A stretch of DNA of 64,000 bases, from contig CAZYTH010000006.1 of assembly GCA_964649715.1 (NCBI GenBank), positions 6,341-70,340 on the forward strand. The letters are read 5' to 3'. This document shows positions 35,455 to 46,466 of this stretch, one piece after another (within the stretch, counting starts at the first letter, position 1; each line of letters opens with the position of its first letter). A model generated the notes under the pieces. That model had not been told where the DNA came from. It worked only from the letters and a program-made list of their open reading frames with translations, and searched no databases. A program made the position numbers and the translations under genes. Source of the DNA: an uncultured Candidatus Saccharibacteria bacterium (GTDB lineage: Bacteria > Patescibacteriota > Minisyncoccia > Phycocordibacterales > UBA12445).

Positions 35455-36306
35455 ATGCATAGAGAAAAAAAATTAAAAAACCATTACGGAAAAATTTTTG
35501 CCAAAAACAGGCCCAAATCTTATCTGGCTAGGGGATTTACTATTTTTGAATTGCTTATCGTTATGTCTATCGCGGCGGTGGTCACGGTCATAACTTTCTC
35601 CAGCTTTCCCAAGATGAACAGCACTCTTTCTCTTGACCTTCTTACTCAAGATATCGCCCTTACAATAAGACAGGCACAAGTCTATGGAACAACTGTTTTT
35701 GGTTCTGGGATGTACGACGACCAGTTTAATTCTTATGGGATAGACCTTCCTGACCCTAATCACCCAGATGTAACATCCGGTCAAGAACCATATACGATAA
35801 CCCTGTTTGCTGATATTGGTGTTGAGACAATAGACATTAACGGCAATATCTCCCTAGAACAAAATTATAAATTTGACGGTAAAGTTTCCTCGTCAAATCC
35901 TTGCGGAAATCCTCAAAAAACAATAGATACAACTTATGAAACATCTAACGAATGCGTTGAGCAGTTTAGGATCACAGGGAAGAATTTTATTAAAGCAATT
36001 TGCCCAAAATATAGTGATGGAGATTTAACAAAAGATGGTAGGATAAAAAGGTGTCTAACCGGTAGTGATGATAACTATAAAGTCGCCACTTTTAGTAGGT
36101 CAGATTATATTAAAAATACACAAGACAGACACGTAACCATCGTTTACAACAGGCCAAATCTAAATCCAGAGCTAACTATCTGGAAGAAAGACGATAATTA
36201 TGTTTGTCAGGATTGTAACAATATCGGGATAGTTATTGAATCAGAGGCGGGGCTCAGGAGGGTGGTCGTCGTGTGGTCAAACGGCCAAATAGCAGTGGAC
36301 AGATAA
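35455..36306 (+). CDS. Prepilin-type minor pilin / pseudopilin
   Basis: 'LARG|FTIFELLIVMSIAAVVTVITFSS' class III signal. Large C-terminal globular domain with 4 Cys. Confidence 0.6.
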   Translation: MHREKKLKNHYGKIFAKNRPKSYLARGFTIFELLIVMSIAAVVTVITFSSFPKMNSTLSLDLLTQDIALTIRQAQVYGTTVFGSGMYDDQFNSYGIDLPDPNHPDVTSGQEPYTITLFADIGVETIDINGNISLEQNYKFDGKVSSSNPCGNPQKTIDTTYETSNECVEQFRITGKNFIKAICPKYSDGDLTKDGRIKRCLTGSDDNYKVATFSRSDYIKNTQDRHVTIVYNRPNLNPELTIWKKDDNYVCQDCNNIGIVIESEAGLRRVVVVWSNGQIAVDR

Positions 36307-36332
36307 CATTAGTTATAAAGTTTAGAAAGTAA

Positions 36333-36992
36333 ATGTATAAAGAAAAATATAAAAAAATAAACAAGAAAGCTTTCGACTTTACAGACTTTAGACTTTACAG
36401 ACTTAGTAAAGGGTTTACTTTGATTGAAATAATGGTTGCGGTATCAATATTCGTGACCGTTATGATGATTGTTATCGGTGCGCTTCTTGCCTTAAATGAT
36501 GCAAACAAAAAAGCGCAGGCACTTCGTTCTGTTGTAGAGAATCTCAACTTTGCGATAGAGGATATCTCAAGAAAATTCAAGACGGGGAAAAATTTTAGAT
36601 GTGATGCCGAGAGTTCGATTGTTGGAACTCCATCTTGCAATAATGGAACAAATAAAGTTTATGTTGAGTTCAAGCCATCCGCAAACAGTCAATATGAACC
36701 CCACGTTTATGAGTTTGCGAATGGAAAATTAACACATAAGTATAAAAAGGTCCAAGGAGGAACAACCACTGCTGGATCTTGGATCAACGAAGGTGTAAGC
36801 ATGGTTTCCCCCGAAGTCATATTAAAAGACGTTAAGTTTTATATTTACAGCGATAGCACTACCGGCCAACAGCCGATAATTATTATGAACCTAAGCGGAG
36901 AATTTAACTTGGCTCAATTTGGAGATAATCCCAAGTTTAGAACGCCGTTTAGTATTCAAACGACGGTAAGCCAGAGAATCGGTTCATTCTAA
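36333..36992 (+). CDS. Prepilin-type minor pilin
   Basis: 'SKG|FTLIEIMVAVSIFVTVMMIVIGALLAL' N-terminal motif. Confidence 0.6.
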   Translation: MYKEKYKKINKKAFDFTDFRLYRLSKGFTLIEIMVAVSIFVTVMMIVIGALLALNDANKKAQALRSVVENLNFAIEDISRKFKTGKNFRCDAESSIVGTPSCNNGTNKVYVEFKPSANSQYEPHVYEFANGKLTHKYKKVQGGTTTAGSWINEGVSMVSPEVILKDVKFYIYSDSTTGQQPIIIMNLSGEFNLAQFGDNPKFRTPFSIQTTVSQRIGSF

Positions 36993-37040
36993 AAGCAAAG
37001 ACAATGTTTTTATTAAAGAATATTTAGAGAAAAAGACGTA

Positions 37041-37715
37041 ATGCACGTAATCACATATTTAAAAAATAATTTCAGGAAAATGCTTGCCAAGAGAGGTTAT
37101 AAATCTTGCCCAGCGAGTGGTTTTACGATCATTGAGTCTTTGGTGGCTGTTATGATACTTGTGATGTCGGTTACGGGGCCTCTGGCTCTCGCTGCGAGGG
37201 GGCTTTCATTCTCTACCTATGCGAGAGAAGAGATAACCGCTTTCTATCTTGCGAGTGAGGGGATGGAGACGATAAGAAATATAAGAGATTCAAATTTATT
37301 GAGTCCCGAAAGTGGCAAAGATTGGCTGGGGAGAGACATGGGTGGTAACGGCGGTCTTGGAAGGTGCAAAAATAACCCCTGCTATCTTGATGTTTGGAAA
37401 AGCCCGCCTGAATTAAGAAAGTCTTTTGACGATGTTAATAATGAGACAATTTCTTTGTATCCCACCGATTATTCTCTTTGGGAGTATAAGCTTGGAGATG
37501 ATGAAAATAGCGTAACTAGGTATGGTTATAATTTTGACACATCGGGTAGGACAGAAACTCCAGACCAAACCATTTATTCTCGAAAGTTAATAGTAGAGCC
37601 TATTGGAATACTTGGATCAGAGAATGAGGCGAGGGTTACTGTTATCGTCTCTTGGTATGCAAAGAACAATATCTATCGGGAGGTTATACTAAGTAACAAT
37701 ATTTTTAAACTATAG
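37041..37715 (+). CDS. Prepilin-type minor pilin
   Basis: 'PASG|FTIIESLVAVMILVMSVTGPLALAA' N-terminal motif. Confidence 0.6.
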   Translation: MHVITYLKNNFRKMLAKRGYKSCPASGFTIIESLVAVMILVMSVTGPLALAARGLSFSTYAREEITAFYLASEGMETIRNIRDSNLLSPESGKDWLGRDMGGNGGLGRCKNNPCYLDVWKSPPELRKSFDDVNNETISLYPTDYSLWEYKLGDDENSVTRYGYNFDTSGRTETPDQTIYSRKLIVEPIGILGSENEARVTVIVSWYAKNNIYREVILSNNIFKL

Positions 37716-37729
37716 TTTTAAAAAACCGA

Positions 37730-38275
37730 ATGAATTTTATGAAAAACAAACATCCATATCCCAAAAAGAATAAAGCGTTCGTCCTCCTTATATCTCTGCT
37801 CGTTTCTAGCGTTATTTTGGCCTCGGGACTAGCCGTCACAAGGATAATCGTCCGCCAGATATATCTTGCCTCTGTACAGAGAGATTCTCAACTCGCATTT
37901 TTTGCTGCCGATGCTGGCCTTGAGTGCGCAAGATTTTGGAAAGACAGCGGTGAGACGATTCCATCCCCCCCATCAAACCCCCAGTGTAACGGAGTAGATT
38001 TAAAAAATACCTCAGGTGGTGCCGTCCGTGATTTTGATAATGATTTTGAATTTTATTTTAATATCGGCGGGCAAATTTATGAAAAGCCTGGTGATTTAAA
38101 TGCGGTAGCTCCAAAACTTTGCGTAAAAGTTAAATATACTCCTGCGGGTGTGAGTGGCTCACCCAAGGCCAGAATAGAATCAAGAGGATATAATACCGAG
38201 TGTCTTTCAAATGGACAGCTTTCGGGCGGAAGGGTGGTAGAGAGGAAACTTGTCTATCAATATACAACCAATTAA
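37730..38275 (+). CDS. PilX-like minor pilin (non-canonical N-terminus)
   Basis: 'KNKAFVLLISLLVSSVILASGLAVTRIIV' hydrophobic N-terminus. Last gene of the minor pilin set. Confidence 0.4.
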   Translation: MNFMKNKHPYPKKNKAFVLLISLLVSSVILASGLAVTRIIVRQIYLASVQRDSQLAFFAADAGLECARFWKDSGETIPSPPSNPQCNGVDLKNTSGGAVRDFDNDFEFYFNIGGQIYEKPGDLNAVAPKLCVKVKYTPAGVSGSPKARIESRGYNTECLSNGQLSGGRVVERKLVYQYTTN

Positions 38276-38387
38276 TTGCGACTTAAAATCTAAGTAAAAT
38301 TTTCAAAACGGCTTTGCTTAAATTTGTTTGAGTAAAGCCGTTTTTGTATATATAATGGGGAAACTCAAGGACTTTCTTGTGGCATAA

Positions 38388-40433
<2,046 letters not shown>

Positions 40434-40472
40434 TGGTAGTATCAAGAAATAATTTTCAATATTTGAAACACA

Positions 40473-40763
40473 ATGATTAATAGAGATACAATAATCAAAT
40501 TAGCCAACCTTAGTAGGATTGAAATATCCGAAGATGAAATGGTTAAGATAGAAAAAGATCTTGGTGCTATATTGGAATATGTTTCAGAGCTCAAGAGTGC
40601 ACCTGAAAGAGAGAACGTTGTAGAAGGAACACATATAAATATTTTAAGAGAAGATGCCGAACCACATATTGCCGGCTTGTATACTGATGATATTTTGAAT
40701 TTGGCACCAAAGACAAAAGATGGATATGTGGTGGTTAAGCAGGTGATGGGAGGGAAGAAATAG
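40473..40763 (+). CDS. gatC: Glutamyl-tRNA(Gln)/aspartyl-tRNA(Asn) amidotransferase subunit C
   Basis: 96 aa. 'IIKLANLSRIEISEDEMVKIEKDLGAILEYV' is a typical GatC N-terminus. Immediately upstream of gatA. Confidence 0.8.
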   Translation: MINRDTIIKLANLSRIEISEDEMVKIEKDLGAILEYVSELKSAPERENVVEGTHINILREDAEPHIAGLYTDDILNLAPKTKDGYVVVKQVMGGKK

Positions 40764-40847
40764 GAATTAAGTACGAAGCATCAAGAATAAAAATTTTTAA
40801 TTTTTCAATAATCCAAACAAAAATCAATATTTGAAAATTATACTTTT

Positions 40848-42305
40848 GTGGATATCTCAAAACTTACAATCAAACAGGCAGTGAATGGTATTAAATCCCG
40901 GGAATTTTCTGCTACGGAAGTCACCGAATCATATTTGAAAAACATAGAAGAAAAAGACAGGGAGATTGGAGCGTATTTGGAAGTTTTTGAAGATGCAATA
41001 AGTGAGGCAAAAAAAATAGACGATAAGGTCAAAAAAGGTGAAGAATCAGGTATTTTGGCTGGTGTTCCTGTTTGTATAAAAGACAACATAATGATAAAAG
41101 GGAAACACGCATCTTCTGGATCTAAAATACTCGAAGGATATATTTCTCCTTTTGATTCAACTGTTGCCTCAAGGTTAAAAAATGAGGGTGCCGTTTTTTT
41201 GGGTCGGGCAAATATGGATGAATTTGCGATGGGTAGTTCTACTGAAAATTCCGCCTTCAAAATAACAAAAAATCCCCACGATACATCCCGTGTGCCTGGT
41301 GGTTCTTCTGGTGGTTCAGCCTCATCTGTGGCAGGGGATATGTCCCTTGTTTCTTTTGGTTCTGATACTGGTGGTTCGGTTAGACAGCCGGCATCTTTTT
41401 GCGGAATCGTGGGTCTTAAGCCTACTTATGGCGCAGTATCTAGACACGGACTTATGGCGATGGGTAGCTCTCTTGATCAAATCGGACCACTTGCGAAAAC
41501 TGTTGAAGATATTGAGATACTTTTTAATGTTATAAAAGGTGTAGATCCTCTAGATTCTACAAGTCGAGACTTGGACTCCCGGAGTCCAAGTACAAATTCA
41601 ATTGGACTCCGGGAGTCCAAGTCGGCTAATAAGCGAATTGGAGTACCGAGAAATTATATTGGAGAGGGTCTTACTGCTGAAGTGTTGAAGAATTTTGAGG
41701 ACACTTTGTCTTATCTAAGGGAAAATGGATATGAAATCGTAGATGTAGAACTTCCTAATCTCAAATATTCTCTTCCTGTTTATTACGTGGTTATGCCCGC
41801 AGAAGTATCTGCAAATCTTGCTCGCTTTGACGGAGTCAGATATGGCCTCCACAAAGACGGAGAAAATTTGCTTTCTGATTATTACAATACAAGGGGGTCT
41901 GGATTTGGTCCCGAACCAAGAAGAAGAATAATTTTGGGGACATATGTCCTTTCATCTGGTTATTATGATGCTTATTATAAAAAGGCCGAGGATGTAAGGT
42001 CTCTTATTCGCGATGATTTTAATTTTGTTTTTGAAAAAGAGGGATTTTCTGCAATCATAACACCCACTACGCCATCTCCAGCATTCAAGATAGGGGAGAA
42101 ATCAAAAGATCCTCTAACGATGTATTTGGAAGACATTTTTACTGTGCCTGCAAGTATTGTAGGGGCCCCCGCTATATCTGTTCCATCTGGGTATGCGGAA
42201 ATAGAAGGTAAAAAACTCCCACTAGGGGTTCAAATTACAGCCCCACACTTTGGCGAGGATATTTTGTTTTCTATAGGAAAAGATATAGAAAAAATGCTAA
42301 AATAA
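40848..42305 (+). CDS. gatA: Glutamyl-tRNA(Gln)/aspartyl-tRNA(Asn) amidotransferase subunit A, with an in-frame tandem palindromic-element insertion
   Basis: Amidase signature 'GGSSGGSASSVAGD', Ser-cisSer-Lys triad context. The 57-nt insertion encodes 'DLDSRSPSTNSIGLRESKS' between 'DPLDSTS' and 'NKRIGVP'. Confidence 0.9.
   Translation: MDISKLTIKQAVNGIKSREFSATEVTESYLKNIEEKDREIGAYLEVFEDAISEAKKIDDKVKKGEESGILAGVPVCIKDNIMIKGKHASSGSKILEGYISPFDSTVASRLKNEGAVFLGRANMDEFAMGSSTENSAFKITKNPHDTSRVPGGSSGGSASSVAGDMSLVSFGSDTGGSVRQPASFCGIVGLKPTYGAVSRHGLMAMGSSLDQIGPLAKTVEDIEILFNVIKGVDPLDSTSRDLDSRSPSTNSIGLRESKSANKRIGVPRNYIGEGLTAEVLKNFEDTLSYLRENGYEIVDVELPNLKYSLPVYYVVMPAEVSANLARFDGVRYGLHKDGENLLSDYYNTRGSGFGPEPRRRIILGTYVLSSGYYDAYYKKAEDVRSLIRDDFNFVFEKEGFSAIITPTTPSPAFKIGEKSKDPLTMYLEDIFTVPASIVGAPAISVPSGYAEIEGKKLPLGVQITAPHFGEDILFSIGKDIEKMLK
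41569..41622. repeat. Two tandem palindromic element copies (dimer with ACAAATTCA spacer) inserted in-frame in gatA
   Basis: ACTTGGACTCCCGGAGTCCAAGT acaaattca ATTGGACTCCGGGAGTCCAAGT. Same dimer architecture as the hairpin at 34489-34543, whose spacer is ACAAAAAA. Confidence 0.75.
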
Positions 42306-42308
42306 GTT

Positions 42309-42911
42309 ATGGTCTTTTTTGATAATATTCCATGGAATAATCTTGAGTACTGGTTCGCTCTTATTTATAAAATATTTGTAGATTTACCCAGTTATTTAAT
42401 CTACGCTTTTTATTTTTGGGTAAGTGCATTTGAAAGCTTTTGGTTGCAGGTTTTTTTGTGGGTTACCACCACGATTTTTAGTGGAATAACTTTTTATTCT
42501 TTGTATAAAATATGGGAGATAAATAATTTTGATTGGGAAAAATACAAAGCAATTTTTTTTATTGAAAACAAGGATGAAGCCGAAAAGATAATGGTCGATA
42601 AAAAATGGGTAGATATTTTAGGTCATCTAGAAAGTGACCGTCCTGCAAGTTGGACATTGGCTATAATCGAGAGCGACAAGATATTGGACGAGCTTCTTAA
42701 GGAAAAAGGTTTTGATGGTGCAAACGTGGGAGAGAGACTAAAGAGCGAAAAGGCTGGGAAGCTAAAAAATCTTCAAGATGCATGGGAGGCTCACAAAATA
42801 AGGAATAAGATTGCTCACGAGAGCGGATATATTCTAGAGAAGAGGGACGCCAGAAAGGCAATAGCACATTATGAGTCTGTGTTTCGCGAATTAGGTTTTT
42901 TAAATTCCTAG
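42309..42911 (+). CDS. Hypothetical membrane protein
   Basis: 200 aa. Two N-terminal TM helices, then a soluble domain. Followed by a 14-bp-stem hairpin. Confidence 0.4.
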   Translation: MVFFDNIPWNNLEYWFALIYKIFVDLPSYLIYAFYFWVSAFESFWLQVFLWVTTTIFSGITFYSLYKIWEINNFDWEKYKAIFFIENKDEAEKIMVDKKWVDILGHLESDRPASWTLAIIESDKILDELLKEKGFDGANVGERLKSEKAGKLKNLQDAWEAHKIRNKIAHESGYILEKRDARKAIAHYESVFRELGFLNS

Positions 42912-42917
42912 AAGCAG

Positions 42918-42962
42918 AACTTCTACGATTTTTTCAAACGCAGAAGTTCTGCTTCTAGGAAA
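42918..42962 (+). terminator. Large hairpin terminator
   Basis: GAAGCAGAACTTCT acgattttttcaaacgc AGAAGTTCTGCTTC, a perfect 14-bp stem. Confidence 0.55.
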
Positions 42963-42989
42963 TATAAATATTAATTAAAAAATAAATTT

Positions 42990-43826
42990 ATGAATAAAGA
43001 AAATTGTTGTGAGGATGGTTTGTTTAGTCCAAAAATAAAGAAATATTTGGGTTATGCGATTTTGTTTTCAATATTGATCTTGTCTTATAGTGTTTTTGTT
43101 TCTGCTGTTTCTTATTCAAATTCGGTGGAGCCAACCTCCTTTAGGAGTTTTAATGTTGCTGGTGAGGGAAAGATAACAGCTATTCCCGATGTTGCTAGAT
43201 TCTCGTTTGGACTTGTAACGGATGGTGGTAAAGATATCGCTAAGCTTCAGAAAGAGAATACAGAGAAGATGAACAAAGCGATAAGCTATATAAAAGGGGA
43301 AGGAGTTCTGGATAAAGATATAAAGACAGAGAATTATAGTTTGACACCAAAGTATCAGTATTTTGATTGCAGTCGTTCTGTGGTCTATGGAAATGAAGAC
43401 CCAAAGCCTTGTCCTCCTCCTGAGATAGTTGGATACAGTATAAATCAGAGAGTATCGGTAAAGGTTAGAGATTTTTCCAAGGTTGGCGATATTCTTTCGG
43501 GCGTTGTAAATAATGGCGCCAATAATGTTTCAGAGCTTTCGTTTGAGATAGATGACCCCTCAAGCATTATTGAGGACGCAAGAGAACTCGCGATCAAAAA
43601 GGCGATAGATAAGGCAAAAAAGGTAGCAAGGGCCGGCGGTTTCCGTGTGGGCAGACTTATCTCTATTGAGGAGGGTTACCAACCTTATCCTGTGTATAGA
43701 AATTACGCAAAAGCTGAAATGCTTTCAATGGATTCTTCTGGGGCGGGATCTCTCCCAGCACCACAGCTTGAGGCAGGTTCTCAAGAGGTTATTGTTAATA
43801 TAACCCTCAGATACGAGATAAAGTAA
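42990..43826 (+). CDS. SIMPL / DUF541 domain protein (YggE-like periplasmic protein)
   Basis: N-terminal TM or signal sequence. 'ITAIPDVARFSFGLVTDG...AKLQKENTEKMNKAISYIK' and a C-terminal 'LEAGSQEVIVNITLRYEI' pattern are typical of DUF541. Followed by the hairpin AAAAACCATATTGTCttttgACAATATGGTTTTT at 43864-43897. Confidence 0.55.
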   Translation: MNKENCCEDGLFSPKIKKYLGYAILFSILILSYSVFVSAVSYSNSVEPTSFRSFNVAGEGKITAIPDVARFSFGLVTDGGKDIAKLQKENTEKMNKAISYIKGEGVLDKDIKTENYSLTPKYQYFDCSRSVVYGNEDPKPCPPPEIVGYSINQRVSVKVRDFSKVGDILSGVVNNGANNVSELSFEIDDPSSIIEDARELAIKKAIDKAKKVARAGGFRVGRLISIEEGYQPYPVYRNYAKAEMLSMDSSGAGSLPAPQLEAGSQEVIVNITLRYEIK

Positions 43827-44052
43827 AATTTTAAGTTCCGAATAGAATACGTAAAAAATTTTAAAAACCATATTGTCTTTTGACAATATGGTTTTTAAAT
43901 TGATATCAAAATTATTTTTAGAATAACCAACTACTATTTACTAATAACTAAAAACTAATCACTGTTGTCTAAATATTGCATTTTGCGCTTGAAAATATAA
44001 TATAGAAATTGTATTGAATGGTACTTTGAAAATTGAGAAAAAGGAGTATTTT

Positions 44053-46248
44053 ATGTCCAGAGTCAATTCGACAGCAAAGATGCAAAAAGAGAAAAATACG
44101 GAGACGAAAAAAATGAAAGAAAAGAAAAAAACAGCTAAACAACTCACCAATGGAGAAAGGCTTCAAGAGATGCTTCGTCTTATCAAGAAGAAGAAGCGTG
44201 TTTCTGTGGCTTGGCTCTCCGAACATTTCGGCATTTCAAAAAGTCTCACAGTCAGTTTGGTAAAAAAACTCAGCAAAAAAGGGCACAACATCACTCTCTC
44301 TGAGGGAGAAGGCAGAAGTAAGTTTGTTCAGCTAAATCTTTCCGAAGATGGTGAATTCAGAAACGACACCATCAACATCAAGGATGCTGGTGAACATATC
44401 CGCATCGGTTTCATTGCCGAACCCCGCTTTGGTTCACTTCAGTGTCAAAACTCCCTTCTTCACTGGATTTACAAGGAAATCTTCGAACGCCACGACGTCA
44501 ATTTTGTCGTTGTTGCAGGTGGTCTCATTGCTGGTAAGCCGACACCAACCATTGCGCCCGATGTTTTTCTTAAAGAACCAGAAGAAGTCGCAGAGTACGT
44601 TTTCAAGCATTTCCCCAAGACAAGAAAATTCAAGACTTATATCGTTGCCGGCAAAAGAGATCTTTCTTTCCAGGCAAAAGACGGTTTCAATATCATGAAT
44701 GCTATTTGTGAAAGGGACGACCTAGCTCATGCTGGAGCCCTTGAAGCTATCTTTAATGTTCGTGGGGTCAAGATTAAGGTTATGTCCCCATACGACGACA
44801 ACAGCCCACAGGGGATAAGTTACGGACCCCAAAAGAATGCTGAAAAAACTAGCGATAATTTTAACATCATGGTTTTTGGTGGAACTCACGAAAGGTCTGA
44901 GATTCCTGGTTACGGTCAGGAGAACAGTCTTCTCGTTACTGTTCCTTCTCTCCACACTCAGATGAGACGTCAAGCAAGGAAAGGCCTTCGTCCCAAACTT
45001 GGTTGCACGATTATTGATTTGCACTTCAAAGAAAAGGGTGAAGGCTGGTCCATTGACCTTGATAAAGATGTCGAGGTCAGGCACTTCAATTTGGACAACT
45101 ACGCTGTTTCTAACGACTGGTCTGTGACGTCTAAAGATTTCGAATCTTGCGGTCTTTCTGAGCTTGAGTTTAAGGTTGTTAATTGGCTTATTGACGAAAG
45201 AGGGCTTTCTGGAGGCGAGATTTCGCGTCGTTTGGATATGTCCAAAAACGATGTGAAGAAGCTTATCTCTGGAATCCGCGAGAAGAATCCTGTTCTAAAT
45301 ATCACAATAAATCAAGCTTCTAAACGTTATGTTTTTCCTCCCATATTGAAGAATAAGTTTTCTCCAATTCCCATAAAATACGATGACGTTTTCATCAGCA
45401 AAACCAAAGAAGTTTCAATGGCTTGTACCCACTTCGGTTCCAAAGAAGATATGCCCGATGTTGTGGCAAAGGCCTTTGAAGATGCTGTGATAGATGGAGT
45501 TCGGGCGATTTATATCGCTGGTGATATCACCGAAGGTCCAGGCGCTTCTGGATATCGAGGACACCAATTTGATGTGAGATGTCCGACTCTTGATGAACTT
45601 GAAGACTATACGATTGCCAAATTTCCAAAAGTTAAGCTAAAGGTTGATCCTGCTCGTCCCATTGTTAAACCAGAGCTTCGCTATGATGACGAAGGCAAAC
45701 CTTATTACGAGGAAGTCATCGTAAAAGATGGCGATATGTATATCCCTGTTTATATTATTAATGGCAATCACGATGCCTGGGCAAACAATTCTGTTGGTCA
45801 CTCAATAGCAAGAACTCTTGCGATGCGTATGCCTGAGCGGGTTTGCTTCATCGGAAGCCGTGACGGATCAATTACACAGCAAGGTTCTCGGGTTGTTGAC
45901 GGAGTTTACCATAGTTTGATACACGGATCTGGTGGTATTGGCTATGCGATGTCCCAAAAGCTTCAGAAATTCGTTTCTGCTATGAGAAGGAAGAAAGAGG
46001 GTATCGGTTTCCCAAGGGTTCTTCACGCGGGCAACTGGCATCTTGCTTATCTTCTTTTCCAAGAAGAGCTTGGTTTGCTCTGTGCAAGCTTCAAGTATGG
46101 TGATGAGTTTCACGAGACGCACGGTCTTGTCTCTTGGATCGGTATGTATGTTGTTGAGATCTTTGCCGATAAGCAGGGTAATCTCACTCAAGTAGTTGCC
46201 AGCTATAAGAATTATCGGCAGTACGCCCTTTCTCTCAAGAAAAAGTAA
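44053..46248 (+). CDS. Large hypothetical protein: N-terminal winged-helix/HTH, tandem calcineurin-like metallophosphoesterase-like domains (first degenerate), and an internal second HTH
   Basis: HTH 'KKKRVSVAWLSEHFGISKSLTVSLVKKLSKKG'. First domain 'IRIGFIAEPRFG', 'VVVAGGLIAG', 'IVAGKRDL' has degenerate metal ligands. Second domain 'MACTHFGS', 'IYIAGDITEGPG', 'YIINGNHDAW', 'HSLIHGSGG' has the canonical MPE motifs. RBS AAGGAG before the ATG at 44053. Terminator at 46262-46293. Confidence 0.45.
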   Translation: MSRVNSTAKMQKEKNTETKKMKEKKKTAKQLTNGERLQEMLRLIKKKKRVSVAWLSEHFGISKSLTVSLVKKLSKKGHNITLSEGEGRSKFVQLNLSEDGEFRNDTINIKDAGEHIRIGFIAEPRFGSLQCQNSLLHWIYKEIFERHDVNFVVVAGGLIAGKPTPTIAPDVFLKEPEEVAEYVFKHFPKTRKFKTYIVAGKRDLSFQAKDGFNIMNAICERDDLAHAGALEAIFNVRGVKIKVMSPYDDNSPQGISYGPQKNAEKTSDNFNIMVFGGTHERSEIPGYGQENSLLVTVPSLHTQMRRQARKGLRPKLGCTIIDLHFKEKGEGWSIDLDKDVEVRHFNLDNYAVSNDWSVTSKDFESCGLSELEFKVVNWLIDERGLSGGEISRRLDMSKNDVKKLISGIREKNPVLNITINQASKRYVFPPILKNKFSPIPIKYDDVFISKTKEVSMACTHFGSKEDMPDVVAKAFEDAVIDGVRAIYIAGDITEGPGASGYRGHQFDVRCPTLDELEDYTIAKFPKVKLKVDPARPIVKPELRYDDEGKPYYEEVIVKDGDMYIPVYIINGNHDAWANNSVGHSIARTLAMRMPERVCFIGSRDGSITQQGSRVVDGVYHSLIHGSGGIGYAMSQKLQKFVSAMRRKKEGIGFPRVLHAGNWHLAYLLFQEELGLLCASFKYGDEFHETHGLVSWIGMYVVEIFADKQGNLTQVVASYKNYRQYALSLKKK

Positions 46249-46466
46249 AATTGTTCTTTGTGTCGCCCGCACAGCTAGTCTGTGCGGGCTTTTTTATGCA
46301 AAAAAGAAAATTATTTTTTGAGTCAAATATTAGTTATGTTGTTCATTAAATTATTGCTATTTTTGACTTTTTGAGATAGTCTTCATTCGGGTAATTTTGT
46401 TCCTTTAAATTTATTTTGTATATTTGGATGTAAAATTTTCTGAAAACGAAAAAGGGAGGGAAAAGG

